The position numbers and the translations under genes were made by a program. The notes below the pieces were generated by a model, which did no database searches, was not told where the DNA came from, and worked only from the letters and a program-made list of their open reading frames with translations. DNA of 64,000 nucleotides, from the IMG/VR virus record IMGVR_UViG_3300037261_000012, positions 1 to 64,000 of that record, one strand, 5' to 3'. The number at the start of each line of letters is the position of its first letter. The first letter of the stretch is position 1. Source of the stretch: a virus. Positions 39,418-48,358 of the stretch are shown here, piece after piece.

Positions 39418-39636
39418 ATGGAAACCAGCAAAACCCTGAGCGCCCAAGTAGTTCTTCGTGGCAACAGCCTGTACACTATCGTCACGATGCCCAGCACAAG
39501 CAACCTCGACAAGTCCTACCGCGTGGATGTAACTAATGGTCGTTGCGACTGCCCGGCCTGGAAATTCTCGAAGGGCCATACCAAGGTTTGCAAGCACCTG
39601 CAAGCACTGGGCTTCAAACAGCGCGTAGCAGCCTAA
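39418..39636 (+). CDS. SWIM zinc-finger protein (paralogue of 35190)
   Basis: YRVD...CDCPAW...CKHL. Confidence 0.75.
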   Translation: METSKTLSAQVVLRGNSLYTIVTMPSTSNLDKSYRVDVTNGRCDCPAWKFSKGHTKVCKHLQALGFKQRVAA

Positions 39637-39689
39637 GCCTGAGCCGGTGGGCGTCACCGACTTGACAGGGTGGAACAGACACCCTTAGG

Positions 39690-40223
39690 ATGGGAATGAG
39701 CACTAACAGAATATTGCGGGCCGCTACCTTTGCCGTGCAAGCACACGGAATCCAGGTACGTAAGTATACTGGTGAGCCGTATGTGCGGCATGTGTTCGAA
39801 GTAGCTGAAATAGTGGCTAGTGTAACTACCGATGAGGACACGATCATTGCCGCCATGCTGCATGACGTGCTGGAAGACACCAGTATGGAGCCATCGGATA
39901 TATCATTGCGGTTCGGATTTATAGTACTTGATCTGGTGATGCAATTAACTGATTCCAAAGTAGAACCTGGGATCAATCGCGCTGCCAGGAAAGCCAATGA
40001 TTGCTCTCGTTTGTCATTATCTAGTCCAGCAGCGGCTACGATCAAACTGGCCGACTTGATGAACAACACAGAAAGCATCGTCAAGTATGCTCCTAACTTT
40101 GCCAAGGTGTATTTGGCAGAGAAGATGCTGGCACTCACGGTGTTGAGTCATGGCCATGCTGGGCTGTATCATCTTGCCAAAGAACAGGTCTTCAGTGCAT
40201 TGGAAAAGCTGGGACCAAAGTGA
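39690..40223 (+). CDS. HD-domain hydrolase (Mesh1/SpoT-type (p)ppGpp hydrolase-like)
   Basis: AH..Q.RKYTGEPY..H, LHDVLEDT, IKLAD...N. Confidence 0.85.
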   Translation: MGMSTNRILRAATFAVQAHGIQVRKYTGEPYVRHVFEVAEIVASVTTDEDTIIAAMLHDVLEDTSMEPSDISLRFGFIVLDLVMQLTDSKVEPGINRAARKANDCSRLSLSSPAAATIKLADLMNNTESIVKYAPNFAKVYLAEKMLALTVLSHGHAGLYHLAKEQVFSALEKLGPK

Positions 40224-40374
40224 GTTGGTTACTTCACATGAAAATCCTTAATCTGCCTCTTAGCGCCGGGCAGGTACTATACAATTCAGACACGCTTGTT
40301 GTGGCTATGGTGTGGCAAGCCTGGGTGATTATTGCCATTGTGTTGGTGTGGGTTGTTATTATGTTGAGAACGAA

Positions 40375-40617
40375 ATGAGTGGTGGTAGTTTTGATTATGC
40401 TTATCTGAAGACCAAGACTTTCGCAGATGAACTGGAAGCCAAGCTCCATATGACGGAGTATGAGTTCAGTGATGAAGTTCGGGCCAAGCTAAACTTAATA
40501 TTGGATCAAACCAAAAAGACAGCTTTTATGATGAGGGAAGTAGAGTGGCTGTTCTCCGGCGACACAGGGGAAGACAGCTTCCTTGAAAGAATTGCAGAAT
40601 ACAAGAGGAAAGCATGA
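40375..40617 (+). CDS. Hypothetical phage protein
   Basis: MSGGSFDY...EWLFSGD.GEDSF. Confidence 0.7.
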   Translation: MSGGSFDYAYLKTKTFADELEAKLHMTEYEFSDEVRAKLNLILDQTKKTAFMMREVEWLFSGDTGEDSFLERIAEYKRKA

Positions 40618-40935
40618 ATCTTGAAAACAAAGATTGCATATGCAAGGGTATAAGGTTCAAAACCTGTCCTGCATGTGGATTACCACAGAACAGTTTCCAT
40701 GATTTTCGTGACTACACCCCTCCGGTAACCGATGACCACTGGGTACATGGGAAAGAACAACCAGCTTGGAGTGGGAGATGACAACGGTAACCTGGGATAA
40801 ACCTATGTTGGAGAAATTCAAGAAGGTGTATGCCAAGGCTGTCAGGAGCGAAGCACAGGAGTTTTCTTTCCAAGGGCAAACATATTTAGTAGCCTATGCT
40901 AAGTATATGATTGAGTATTTGGAGGTAAGACTAAG

Positions 40936-41185
40936 ATGAGTAGGAAAGAGGATTTAGGTCATCAATTTGATGACATGAAGTATGGGTGGTTAAAAAGAAC
41001 TCAAGGTGGGTGATATAGTCACTCGTAACATGGGTGGTGTTAAGATGCAATTGAAAGTTACTGGTATAGTTGGCCGAAGGATAATTTGTGGGCCTTGGGA
41101 ATTCAGTAGTAGAAATGGAGCCGAGCTTGATGACATGCTTGGCTGGGATGAACAACAAACAGGTTCTATGTTGATAGATAAATGA
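40936..41185 (+). pseudogene. Small gene with an extra A in an A5 run at 40992-40996
   Basis: MSRKED...GWLK continues in the +1 frame as ELKVGDIVTRNMGG...GPWEF...GAELD. Confidence 0.5.
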
Positions 41186-41309
41186 CTTGACAGATCGGCC
41201 TGATTGTGGGAAACTCGGTTCTGATAGGCTGCAATCAATTGCAGAAATGTACTAAAGGAGAAGGCGGCCCTCCTAAATGGGTCGTCAAACAAGCAAGGAG
41301 TGTATCACC

Positions 41310-41411
41310 ATGGCAAAGTCCGTTAGCAAGAGCAAGAAAACTACCGTCAAGAAAGCTGTAAAGCGCACGACTATCAAAGCCGCGCCCCGCAAGGTCGCTC
41401 AACGCCAGTAA
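41310..41411 (+). CDS. 33-aa very basic peptide
   Basis: AAGGAG RBS; MAKSVSKSKKTTVKKAVKRTTIKAAPRKVAQRQ; followed by a hairpin. Confidence 0.6.
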   Translation: MAKSVSKSKKTTVKKAVKRTTIKAAPRKVAQRQ

Positions 41412-41488
41412 CCTGGCCTGCCATCAACATGGCAAACGGGTGGCCGGAGTACCGTCGCCCGTCCTTTCTATAAGATCATGGAGGAATT

Positions 41489-42457
41489 GTGCGAGCATCA
41501 GCAATGAGGTTACATGGTGGGGTAACAGAGGAGCCATTAGTAACAGGAACCAAGCTGCCATACAAGTTGGGCATTGAACTAACAATGCAGTCACCACTTG
41601 CTATTTGCAAGAATGTCCAGGATGAAGGTGATCGGGTAATTTATACTAGCTTGAGCAGAATACTCTCAACAGTAGCTGGACTAAAGAGAATCAAATCCTA
41701 CGGGATAGACCGAGATGGTGGTTGTGTGGAAGCCAGTTCTCCTATTCTGACAACACATGAAGAAACCGAAAAGTGGTACAAGGGTATGTCAGGTCTGATG
41801 CTCCAATTGGGCATGACACCTCACCATGACAAGATGATCAGTGGTGGAGGCCATCTTCATGTGGGGCCACTGCCGTTAAAGACTGCAATCAATTGCATAC
41901 GGGACATGCAGAACCGCCCGTACCTGCTATGGATATTCAACGAACCTGACAATACACTTGCATCTGACTTATTTACAGGAGACCTTGTTTCATTAAAGCC
42001 CTCACTGGTTAAAGCTGCTCAAAATGCTACTTTTGACCCAACGGTGTTTGGTGAACCTTCAATGGAAGGTAGGACAGCATTGACCTTCTATGGCAACCCG
42101 AAGTATGTGAAACATGACTGGCTGCCTGATGATAAGAACCGGATGGCCAGGTGGCTAGGTGGTGGGGGTGGCCGGATGGAATTACGCTTGTTCGAAGCCC
42201 CTATGAACTGGGAGGAGCAGAAAGCCCACCTAGATTTTACTTGGGCTTACATAAAGTACATCGAGACCACATACAAGACCGAACATGCTGTGACCACCGT
42301 AAATAGTATGGTTGAGCAGCGGAAGTTCACGCTTGAAATTTGCCGGGCGGAATTCCTGAAGTTTCTTACTATATTGGGCTTGAAACCAGAGCCATACAAG
42401 CGTATGCTGGACGAGAATCTAACCACAAAACTTCAACGTCTGAAAGTGGTGCCATGA
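41489..42457 (+). CDS. Amidoligase-like (COOH-NH2 ligase fold) protein
   Basis: GIELT, EASSPIL, GGGHLHVG, MELRLF. Confidence 0.7.
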   Translation: MRASAMRLHGGVTEEPLVTGTKLPYKLGIELTMQSPLAICKNVQDEGDRVIYTSLSRILSTVAGLKRIKSYGIDRDGGCVEASSPILTTHEETEKWYKGMSGLMLQLGMTPHHDKMISGGGHLHVGPLPLKTAINCIRDMQNRPYLLWIFNEPDNTLASDLFTGDLVSLKPSLVKAAQNATFDPTVFGEPSMEGRTALTFYGNPKYVKHDWLPDDKNRMARWLGGGGGRMELRLFEAPMNWEEQKAHLDFTWAYIKYIETTYKTEHAVTTVNSMVEQRKFTLEICRAEFLKFLTILGLKPEPYKRMLDENLTTKLQRLKVVP

Positions 42458-42702
42458 TCCTGGAAGAAGGGAAGAAGCACGTAGACCGGTTGATCAGCCA
42501 GAACAACACCGGTCTTCTTGCCTTGAAGAAGGCTACCAGATCGGGGGATAAGCTGGCCGCCATGGGTCTACGTTTAGCCTCAGATAGAGGTAAGTCCTTG
42601 GTGGCCTTGCGTAAGATGTTGAATACCATGCCGGAGAAATTCAGCCTCCAGACAGGGGAGTTGATACAAACTCTAGCGGATAAATCAAATGCAGCTAACT
42701 GA
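42454..42702 (+). CDS. Hypothetical protein
   Basis: Coupled ORF. Confidence 0.5.
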   Translation: MILEEGKKHVDRLISQNNTGLLALKKATRSGDKLAAMGLRLASDRGKSLVALRKMLNTMPEKFSLQTGELIQTLADKSNAAN

Positions 42703-42964
42703 GGAAGAACGCAAGAAAGTCCTTTATTGGTTGTTTTCTTTAGAGAACAAACTTGCATTTGACGTTGCAGCAGAAGTTCCTGCGGAGGTACTGAACGCCA
42801 TTCTAAAGGCTGGTGATTATCCACGCCCGTATGTCCTGCCATTTAAGGAAGGCATATATGACCGTGCCTTGGCTATGAAACTCATACTCCTATGCAGGGA
42901 GAAGATTGGTAAAGCTACTGATCCAGTGAGTGCTAAGGTCATACCAATAAGGAAGAAAGCATGA
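42689..42964 (+). CDS. Hypothetical protein
   Basis: Coupled ORF. Confidence 0.5.
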   Translation: MQLTEEERKKVLYWLFSLENKLAFDVAAEVPAEVLNAILKAGDYPRPYVLPFKEGIYDRALAMKLILLCREKIGKATDPVSAKVIPIRKKA

Positions 42965-43288
42965 GCCTTGAACAAGCTATCTGGCTGTTTGCGGCTGGTG
43001 ATGTTGGTACCAGTAGGTATCTTGCTATTATTGTTCAAGAAATAATCATCTAAAGAGCTTGACAGATCGCCAGAATTGGGTTAAAGTCTTGCAATCAAGT
43101 GCAATAACAGACAAAGGAGTGTCAAATGTACATCGTTGAATACCTGAGGCTAGGACGTTGGCCCACCATGATGGGCAAGAGAGTGTTCATCAGTTTGTGG
43201 GGCGCAAACAAACGAGCTAAGCGAGCATCCACCTTGTTTCGTGTAGTGACCATGGTGACTAAAATCTCCTAAGGTGCGATAATGTTGG

Positions 43289-43516
43289 ATGAATACCAAA
43301 ATCAGATGGTTAGGCACAATCCTGTACTTCATGGGAATGGGCCTTACCAGTTTCAATTTCTACCCTTACAACCTGTTCTTTATGACCAGTGGGGCGTTCT
43401 TCTGGTGTAGAGCAGGTTGGCAAGTCAATGACCAGCCGTTGGTACTGGTAGAGGGTGTGGCCTTCACAATATATGGAGTAGGTTTGGCTATGGCCATATA
43501 CAAATTCGTATTCTAA
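43289..43516 (+). CDS. Small 3-TM membrane protein
   Basis: Hydrophobic; W.GT...N.YP.N pattern. Confidence 0.6.
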   Translation: MNTKIRWLGTILYFMGMGLTSFNFYPYNLFFMTSGAFFWCRAGWQVNDQPLVLVEGVAFTIYGVGLAMAIYKFVF

Positions 43517-43527
43517 GGAGTAGCAGC

Positions 43528-43770
43528 ATGAAAATTCGTAAAACAGTACTGGCTGTGGTTATCTTGTCCAAGGGTGGGGAACAACTGGAGTTTGATGACT
43601 TGGAAGAACTTGGCAGGATGATCAACGATGGGGAGGCTAGTGGGGAGCTTATTGGCAAGCACACGGAAGCCGACTCAGTGGTAATAGAGAAGATCGAGCG
43701 CATCCAGCAAGAACTCACCAAGATCGGGGATGATGGCACGTTCTTTGGAGACCTTGACCTAGATGACTGA
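43528..43770 (+). CDS. Small acidic protein
   Basis: AAGGAG RBS. Confidence 0.6.
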   Translation: MKIRKTVLAVVILSKGGEQLEFDDLEELGRMINDGEASGELIGKHTEADSVVIEKIERIQQELTKIGDDGTFFGDLDLDD

Positions 43771-44044
43771 GCAAATTGATTGGGGCAGCTTGCCTATGGT
43801 GATTGAAGTCACCTTACCAGGAATGTACTCCAATGAGAACCTTGCAGGCTGGTCGGCCTTGGCTATGAAACTTGAGAAAGAGGGCATACCCTGCGGGGTG
43901 GAGATGAGCACCCAGCCGTTGGTCATGGTGTTTTCTGAAAACCCCAAGGAGTACGCCACGGGAGTTGCTGTTTTCAAAGGGCACTTGACCAAGACGTACA
44001 ACATAAAGGCCGACAACACGACATTCACCTGGAGCAACAAGTGA
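43763..44044 (+). CDS. Hypothetical protein
   Basis: Coupled ORF. Confidence 0.5.
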   Translation: MTEQIDWGSLPMVIEVTLPGMYSNENLAGWSALAMKLEKEGIPCGVEMSTQPLVMVFSENPKEYATGVAVFKGHLTKTYNIKADNTTFTWSNK

Positions 44045-44355
44045 AAATATACCAGTTTGGATTTAATAATAGTGTGGGTAAGGTTCCTCCAGGGCTACCT
44101 ACTTTGGATTGTAGAGTTATTCCAAACCCACACCACCTGCGGGATGCTGTTGCCAAACGCCTGGCAGTTAGGTCTAGCCCGTTCTTTACTCCTTTGGTAA
44201 TGCAGGGGGTGGAAATGCTTGCCGCCAACAGTAAGATTGCTGTAGGATGTGCATATGGGCATGATCGTAGTGGGCAGGTGGCTCAGGCTATAATGATGGC
44301 CATGGCAGAAAAAGGAATTTACGTACAGATAGAGAAACTTTCAAAAGGAGCGTGA
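44041..44355 (+). CDS. RapZ C-terminal-like domain protein
   Basis: YQFGF, LDCRVIPNPH, IAVGCAYGHDRS. Confidence 0.7.
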   Translation: MKIYQFGFNNSVGKVPPGLPTLDCRVIPNPHHLRDAVAKRLAVRSSPFFTPLVMQGVEMLAANSKIAVGCAYGHDRSGQVAQAIMMAMAEKGIYVQIEKLSKGA

Positions 44356-44358
44356 AGC

Positions 44359-44775
44359 ATGGTGGAGCCTTTATCATCAGCACTCTTATGTATTTCTCTC
44401 AATGTTTATTTTGAGGCCAGGAATCAACCTGAGGAAGGCCAACTAGCAGTAGCTTACGTGACGTTGAATCGTTCTAAGAAGTCAGGAAAGTCAGTGTGTA
44501 ATACTGTGGTAGAACCAAAGCAATTTAGCTGGGCAACAGGCCGTTTTTTGAAGGATAATGGCTTCTGGTTGCGCGCAGACTCTTTTCCAGTAGAATTAGA
44601 TGCTTGGATAAAAGCCAGGAGAATCGCTAGGATGGCCATGGCAAGGCTATCGCCAGACCCTACCCACGGGGCTACCCACTACCATGAACGACGGCTACAT
44701 CCAGTTTGGGCGACCCGAATGCAGAAGGTAGTCATCATCGCCCAGCATGTATTCTACAAACCAAGGAGCGCCTGA
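44359..44775 (+). CDS. SleB-like cell wall hydrolase (Hydrolase_2)
   Basis: VYFEARNQ..EGQLAVAYVTLNR, QFSW, DPTHGATHYH, HVFY. Confidence 0.9.
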   Translation: MVEPLSSALLCISLNVYFEARNQPEEGQLAVAYVTLNRSKKSGKSVCNTVVEPKQFSWATGRFLKDNGFWLRADSFPVELDAWIKARRIARMAMARLSPDPTHGATHYHERRLHPVWATRMQKVVIIAQHVFYKPRSA

Positions 44776-44976
44776 TGCCGCGTGAGATGTACAATCCAGA
44801 ACTTGAGGAGTTCGTACAGGAGTACCCAGACTATGAGAAGGGTCTGCACGCTGATAATAGTACACGGCATACAACAGATAAAGCTCGATGTGAGCATATT
44901 ACCTGTATATGGTGTTTCCCAAAGAGACTCATAAAGTGGTACTTGAAAGGTAGAATAGCACCATCTAAAATGAGGC

Positions 44977-45198
44977 ATGTGCAGCCAAATCGTAATGCTG
45001 GACGACCTGCGTGATTGGAAGGCCCGCAAGAAGTATGAATTAGAGTACTATAATAAAGAGCTAAATGCTCTCCTGATAAAGATGGGATACTTGAAAGCTG
45101 AGATTAATCTAACCACAAGAATAATTCAAATGGTGGAGCAAGACAAGATAACTTGTATTAGACGACAACTGCAATCAATTGCAGTAGAGGCAAGCTAG
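44977..45198 (+). CDS. Small coiled-coil protein
   Basis: ORF within the operon. Confidence 0.5.
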   Translation: MCSQIVMLDDLRDWKARKKYELEYYNKELNALLIKMGYLKAEINLTTRIIQMVEQDKITCIRRQLQSIAVEAS

Positions 45199-45240
45199 TG
45201 TTAATATCAAGCTTCATTCATAAATTCTCTGGAAACCCAC

Positions 45241-45804
45241 ATGCATTATTTCGATGGCCGTACAGGCAAAACACTCAAATTTGATGATACAGTGCAGAAA
45301 GGAGGCCCAGGGAGTGGTGTGTATGAGCGTTCTCATGGGGCACGCGCTAACGCAGCAAAAGATTATCATGAGTGGAGAGGTCCATCTGGTGCTAAAGATA
45401 CTCCAGAGAACAGAAAAGACTTTTTAGCTCAATCACATGCCCAAGGACAGCACAAAGGAGTTTCCGCTGAACAATTAGGGCATACTCGCGCTTGGAGTGG
45501 AGAAGGGGCAAGCTCCCACGCCGATGCTGTAGCAAGCGCAACTGGGGGCAAAAAGGTCTCTGATGGAGACACACATTATGTGGAGTCTAGTCATTCGAAT
45601 AGAGCCTCTGCTAATGCTGCTGGTGAGAAAGCAAAAGCTGAGCTAGCTAATAGTGGATACAAGGAGGGGAAAAGCTATAAGATTAGTGATGGTGGAATGC
45701 ATGTAACGGAATTCACTCACCCTAATGGCCATACAGCAGAAGTGGCAGTGTCTTCTGGAGGGGGTGGGCGTCATAGTGTAAACACTGTTGTAAAGAATAA
45801 ATAA
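45241..45804 (+). CDS. QKGGPGSG-motif protein (candidate packaged internal protein)
   Basis: TVQKGGPGSGVYERS; G/S/H-rich. Confidence 0.7.
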   Translation: MHYFDGRTGKTLKFDDTVQKGGPGSGVYERSHGARANAAKDYHEWRGPSGAKDTPENRKDFLAQSHAQGQHKGVSAEQLGHTRAWSGEGASSHADAVASATGGKKVSDGDTHYVESSHSNRASANAAGEKAKAELANSGYKEGKSYKISDGGMHVTEFTHPNGHTAEVAVSSGGGGRHSVNTVVKNK

Positions 45805-46139
45805 TGTTGGAAGATGGTAAACTGTTGTCAAAGCGTAAGCGCCGGGCAACGCAGTCAACACCTATGGATATAGGAAGAATAAACGATGAGCTTGCCTCCA
45901 CTACCAAGACTGACATTAGGAACGTACTTGGTAAGTACAGTGTTCCTCATAGTCATGGTGATCATATTGCTTACCATGGTACTGAGACTGCTCTTGTTGG
46001 GCGTGTGGGTAGGGTTTACGACCCTTATGGGGAACACAAGACTAGCCCTAACGTGCCTGTTCATTTCTATCCTAGCTCTAACCATATGTTTAGCCGGAGA
46101 GAAATTCTTCCAGTAGCACACCTCAGAAAATTAGTCTAA
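45804..46139 (+). CDS. Hypothetical His-rich protein
   Basis: Coupled ORF between the two QKGGPGSG genes. Confidence 0.5.
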   Translation: MLEDGKLLSKRKRRATQSTPMDIGRINDELASTTKTDIRNVLGKYSVPHSHGDHIAYHGTETALVGRVGRVYDPYGEHKTSPNVPVHFYPSSNHMFSRREILPVAHLRKLV

Positions 46140-46149
46140 AGGAGCGATC

Positions 46150-46584
46150 ATGATTGAAACTGGTATATTGATTAGCAAACGTGAATTTGCCTTGGCCCAG
46201 AAGGGTGGCCCTGGGTCGGGGGTATATGAGCGTAGTGGAACCAAGTCCTTGTCAGGTTTAGGAACCGCCAAGGATATTATTGACAAGCATGGTAAAACAG
46301 GGGATGTTAAGGCATCACAAGGAACTGCTAATACTGAGAAACAAGCAGCCAAATTTAGTGGTTCTTTCCCTAAAGATAAATTTGATGCGGTGCATAAAGA
46401 CTTTATGGCTGCTGGGTACTCGCATGTTCGTAGTGATCCTAAGTACTCTGCGGTGGACTACCATACGTATACAAAGGATCATGGGGATCACACCTCTAGT
46501 GTAATGTTATCTGATCTTCAGAATGGTCGCATGGGAGTTAGAGCCAATGCTTCTAATATTAGCCAGCGTATGGCGAAGGTTTGA
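46150..46584 (+). CDS. QKGGPGSG-motif protein (candidate packaged internal protein)
   Basis: LAQKGGPGSGVYERS; AGGAG RBS. Confidence 0.7.
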   Translation: MIETGILISKREFALAQKGGPGSGVYERSGTKSLSGLGTAKDIIDKHGKTGDVKASQGTANTEKQAAKFSGSFPKDKFDAVHKDFMAAGYSHVRSDPKYSAVDYHTYTKDHGDHTSSVMLSDLQNGRMGVRANASNISQRMAKV

Positions 46585-46658
46585 AATAAATAGTTCGGGT
46601 GGTCTTGACAGACTGCCCGAATTGCGGTAAAGTCCAGTATCAGTCCAAGGAGTGGAAC

Positions 46659-47600
46659 ATGTTCAGTCCGACCCTAGCAATAACAGCAAAGAATGAGGAT
46701 GTACTTTATCCTTGTATTGCCAGCCCAAAGTTAGATGGTTTGCGCGGGTTAATTCATATTGAAGGGCTTCGCAGTAGGAGCATGAAGCCCTTCACCAACG
46801 TAGCTACTGTTGACACCTTCAGCATTCCTGAGTTCCTGGGGTTTGATGGGGAACTGGTGGTGGGCAGCCCTACAGCCAAGGATGTATTCATCAAGAGCAC
46901 TAGTGGCCTCCGCACCACAATCAACAATCCTGGCGCAGTGTTCTACGTGTTTGATCTGCACAGCACGGAAGGCGCTTTCATAGATAGGTGGAAAATTCTA
47001 TCCCAGCGTGTGGAATCCTTGCCAGAACACTTGAAAAGCAGGGTAGTCTTGCTTGAACAGCGTTGGATAGAGAATCTTGAACAATTACTGGCTTATGAAG
47101 ACCAGTGCCTTGAACAAGGGTATGAAGGTCTGATCATTAGGAATCCACAAGCCAAGTACCTGAATGGTAGGTCTGGTCTGGGCAAGAATTGGGTGATGCT
47201 TAAATTAAAGAGATTCACCGATTCAGAAGCCGAACTGGTCGGAATGATCGAGCTAATGGTTAATGACAATGCGGCGCAAACAAACGAGCTAGGTAATACC
47301 TTCCATTCCAGTCATAAAGAGGGATTGAAACCAGGTGGAATGATGGGGGCGCTGCTGCTGAGAGACCTGACAACTGGAGTAGAATTCTCGGTTGGAACAG
47401 GGTTTGACCACAAAACTCGTAAAAAGTATTGGTCAGAAAGAGGCTACATACAGTACGATGGTGTGTTCGCTGGCCAGAAAGTGGTATACTACCAGCATCA
47501 GGAAGCCAAGATCATCAAGTACAAGTACTTCGCTATTGGGTATGATAAAGTACCTAGATTTCCAGTATATCTAGGTGAGCGTCTGCCGGTGGACTTATGA
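46659..47600 (+). CDS. ATP-dependent DNA ligase
   Basis: SPKLDGLR, FDGEL, VFD, EGLIIR, LKLK, VGTGF, PRFPVY. Confidence 0.93.
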   Translation: MFSPTLAITAKNEDVLYPCIASPKLDGLRGLIHIEGLRSRSMKPFTNVATVDTFSIPEFLGFDGELVVGSPTAKDVFIKSTSGLRTTINNPGAVFYVFDLHSTEGAFIDRWKILSQRVESLPEHLKSRVVLLEQRWIENLEQLLAYEDQCLEQGYEGLIIRNPQAKYLNGRSGLGKNWVMLKLKRFTDSEAELVGMIELMVNDNAAQTNELGNTFHSSHKEGLKPGGMMGALLLRDLTTGVEFSVGTGFDHKTRKKYWSERGYIQYDGVFAGQKVVYYQHQEAKIIKYKYFAIGYDKVPRFPVYLGERLPVDL

Positions 47601-47845
47601 AAATCCAAATTGGTGACAATGGGCCATGGAAGGAAGTGGATGTCATACGGGTGTGGCATGACCTTGAAAACCAAGAAGGTGAGAGGCTGATGTTGACCTT
47701 GGCTGATGACTTCGTGCAGGTAGACAAGTTCGGGCCAGGACACCTGCTTATTATCAGTGGAACAGTACCTACCTGTGATTTCCTAGACAAGGTAGAAGAT
47801 GGTAGCTTCGACATTCATGAGGGCATGATCCCTATAAGCGGGTGA
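47597..47845 (+). CDS. Hypothetical protein
   Basis: Coupled ORF. Confidence 0.5.
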   Translation: MKIQIGDNGPWKEVDVIRVWHDLENQEGERLMLTLADDFVQVDKFGPGHLLIISGTVPTCDFLDKVEDGSFDIHEGMIPISG

Positions 47846-47860
47846 CTGCAATCAATTGCC

Positions 47861-48286
47861 ATGGCCAAGATAAGCACAAAAGCAAGGGTAGCTAGGGAGA
47901 CCAGGTGGTTATATCGCGTGGAGTGGAAGATATTGAATCTCAACCGTGAAGCTGTGAAAGACAGAAAGATTGGTTATCTTAGAACTTTAGCGCAAGAGGT
48001 GTGGGCTAACGAAGCTCCAGGTGGAAGGACAATGCCCACAATTTTGGCAAGTAAAGGCATTAAATATTCTAGGGGGTGGTACAGTTACTGTGAGGGCTTC
48101 ACCAAGATTGTGCTATCAAGACGCCAGAGAAGTATCATGGTGTTGTTGCATGAGCTTACTCATGCTTTAGGGCCGTGCATACATGGAAAGAGATTTGTTA
48201 CCCTGTATTTCTATTTACTGCATAAATATGCAGGATATAATCGTTTTTTCTTGCAGCACTTGCAGGAGAATAGCCCAGCAAAATAG
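47861..48286 (+). CDS. SprT-like HEXXH metalloprotease
   Basis: VLLHELTHAL...HGKRF. Confidence 0.7.
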   Translation: MAKISTKARVARETRWLYRVEWKILNLNREAVKDRKIGYLRTLAQEVWANEAPGGRTMPTILASKGIKYSRGWYSYCEGFTKIVLSRRQRSIMVLLHELTHALGPCIHGKRFVTLYFYLLHKYAGYNRFFLQHLQENSPAK

Positions 48287-48358
48287 TTTCGAAAGTGCTT
48301 GACAGACTCTCGGAATTGTGGGAAAATCCAGTATTGATAGTCCAATGGAGTGGAAAGC

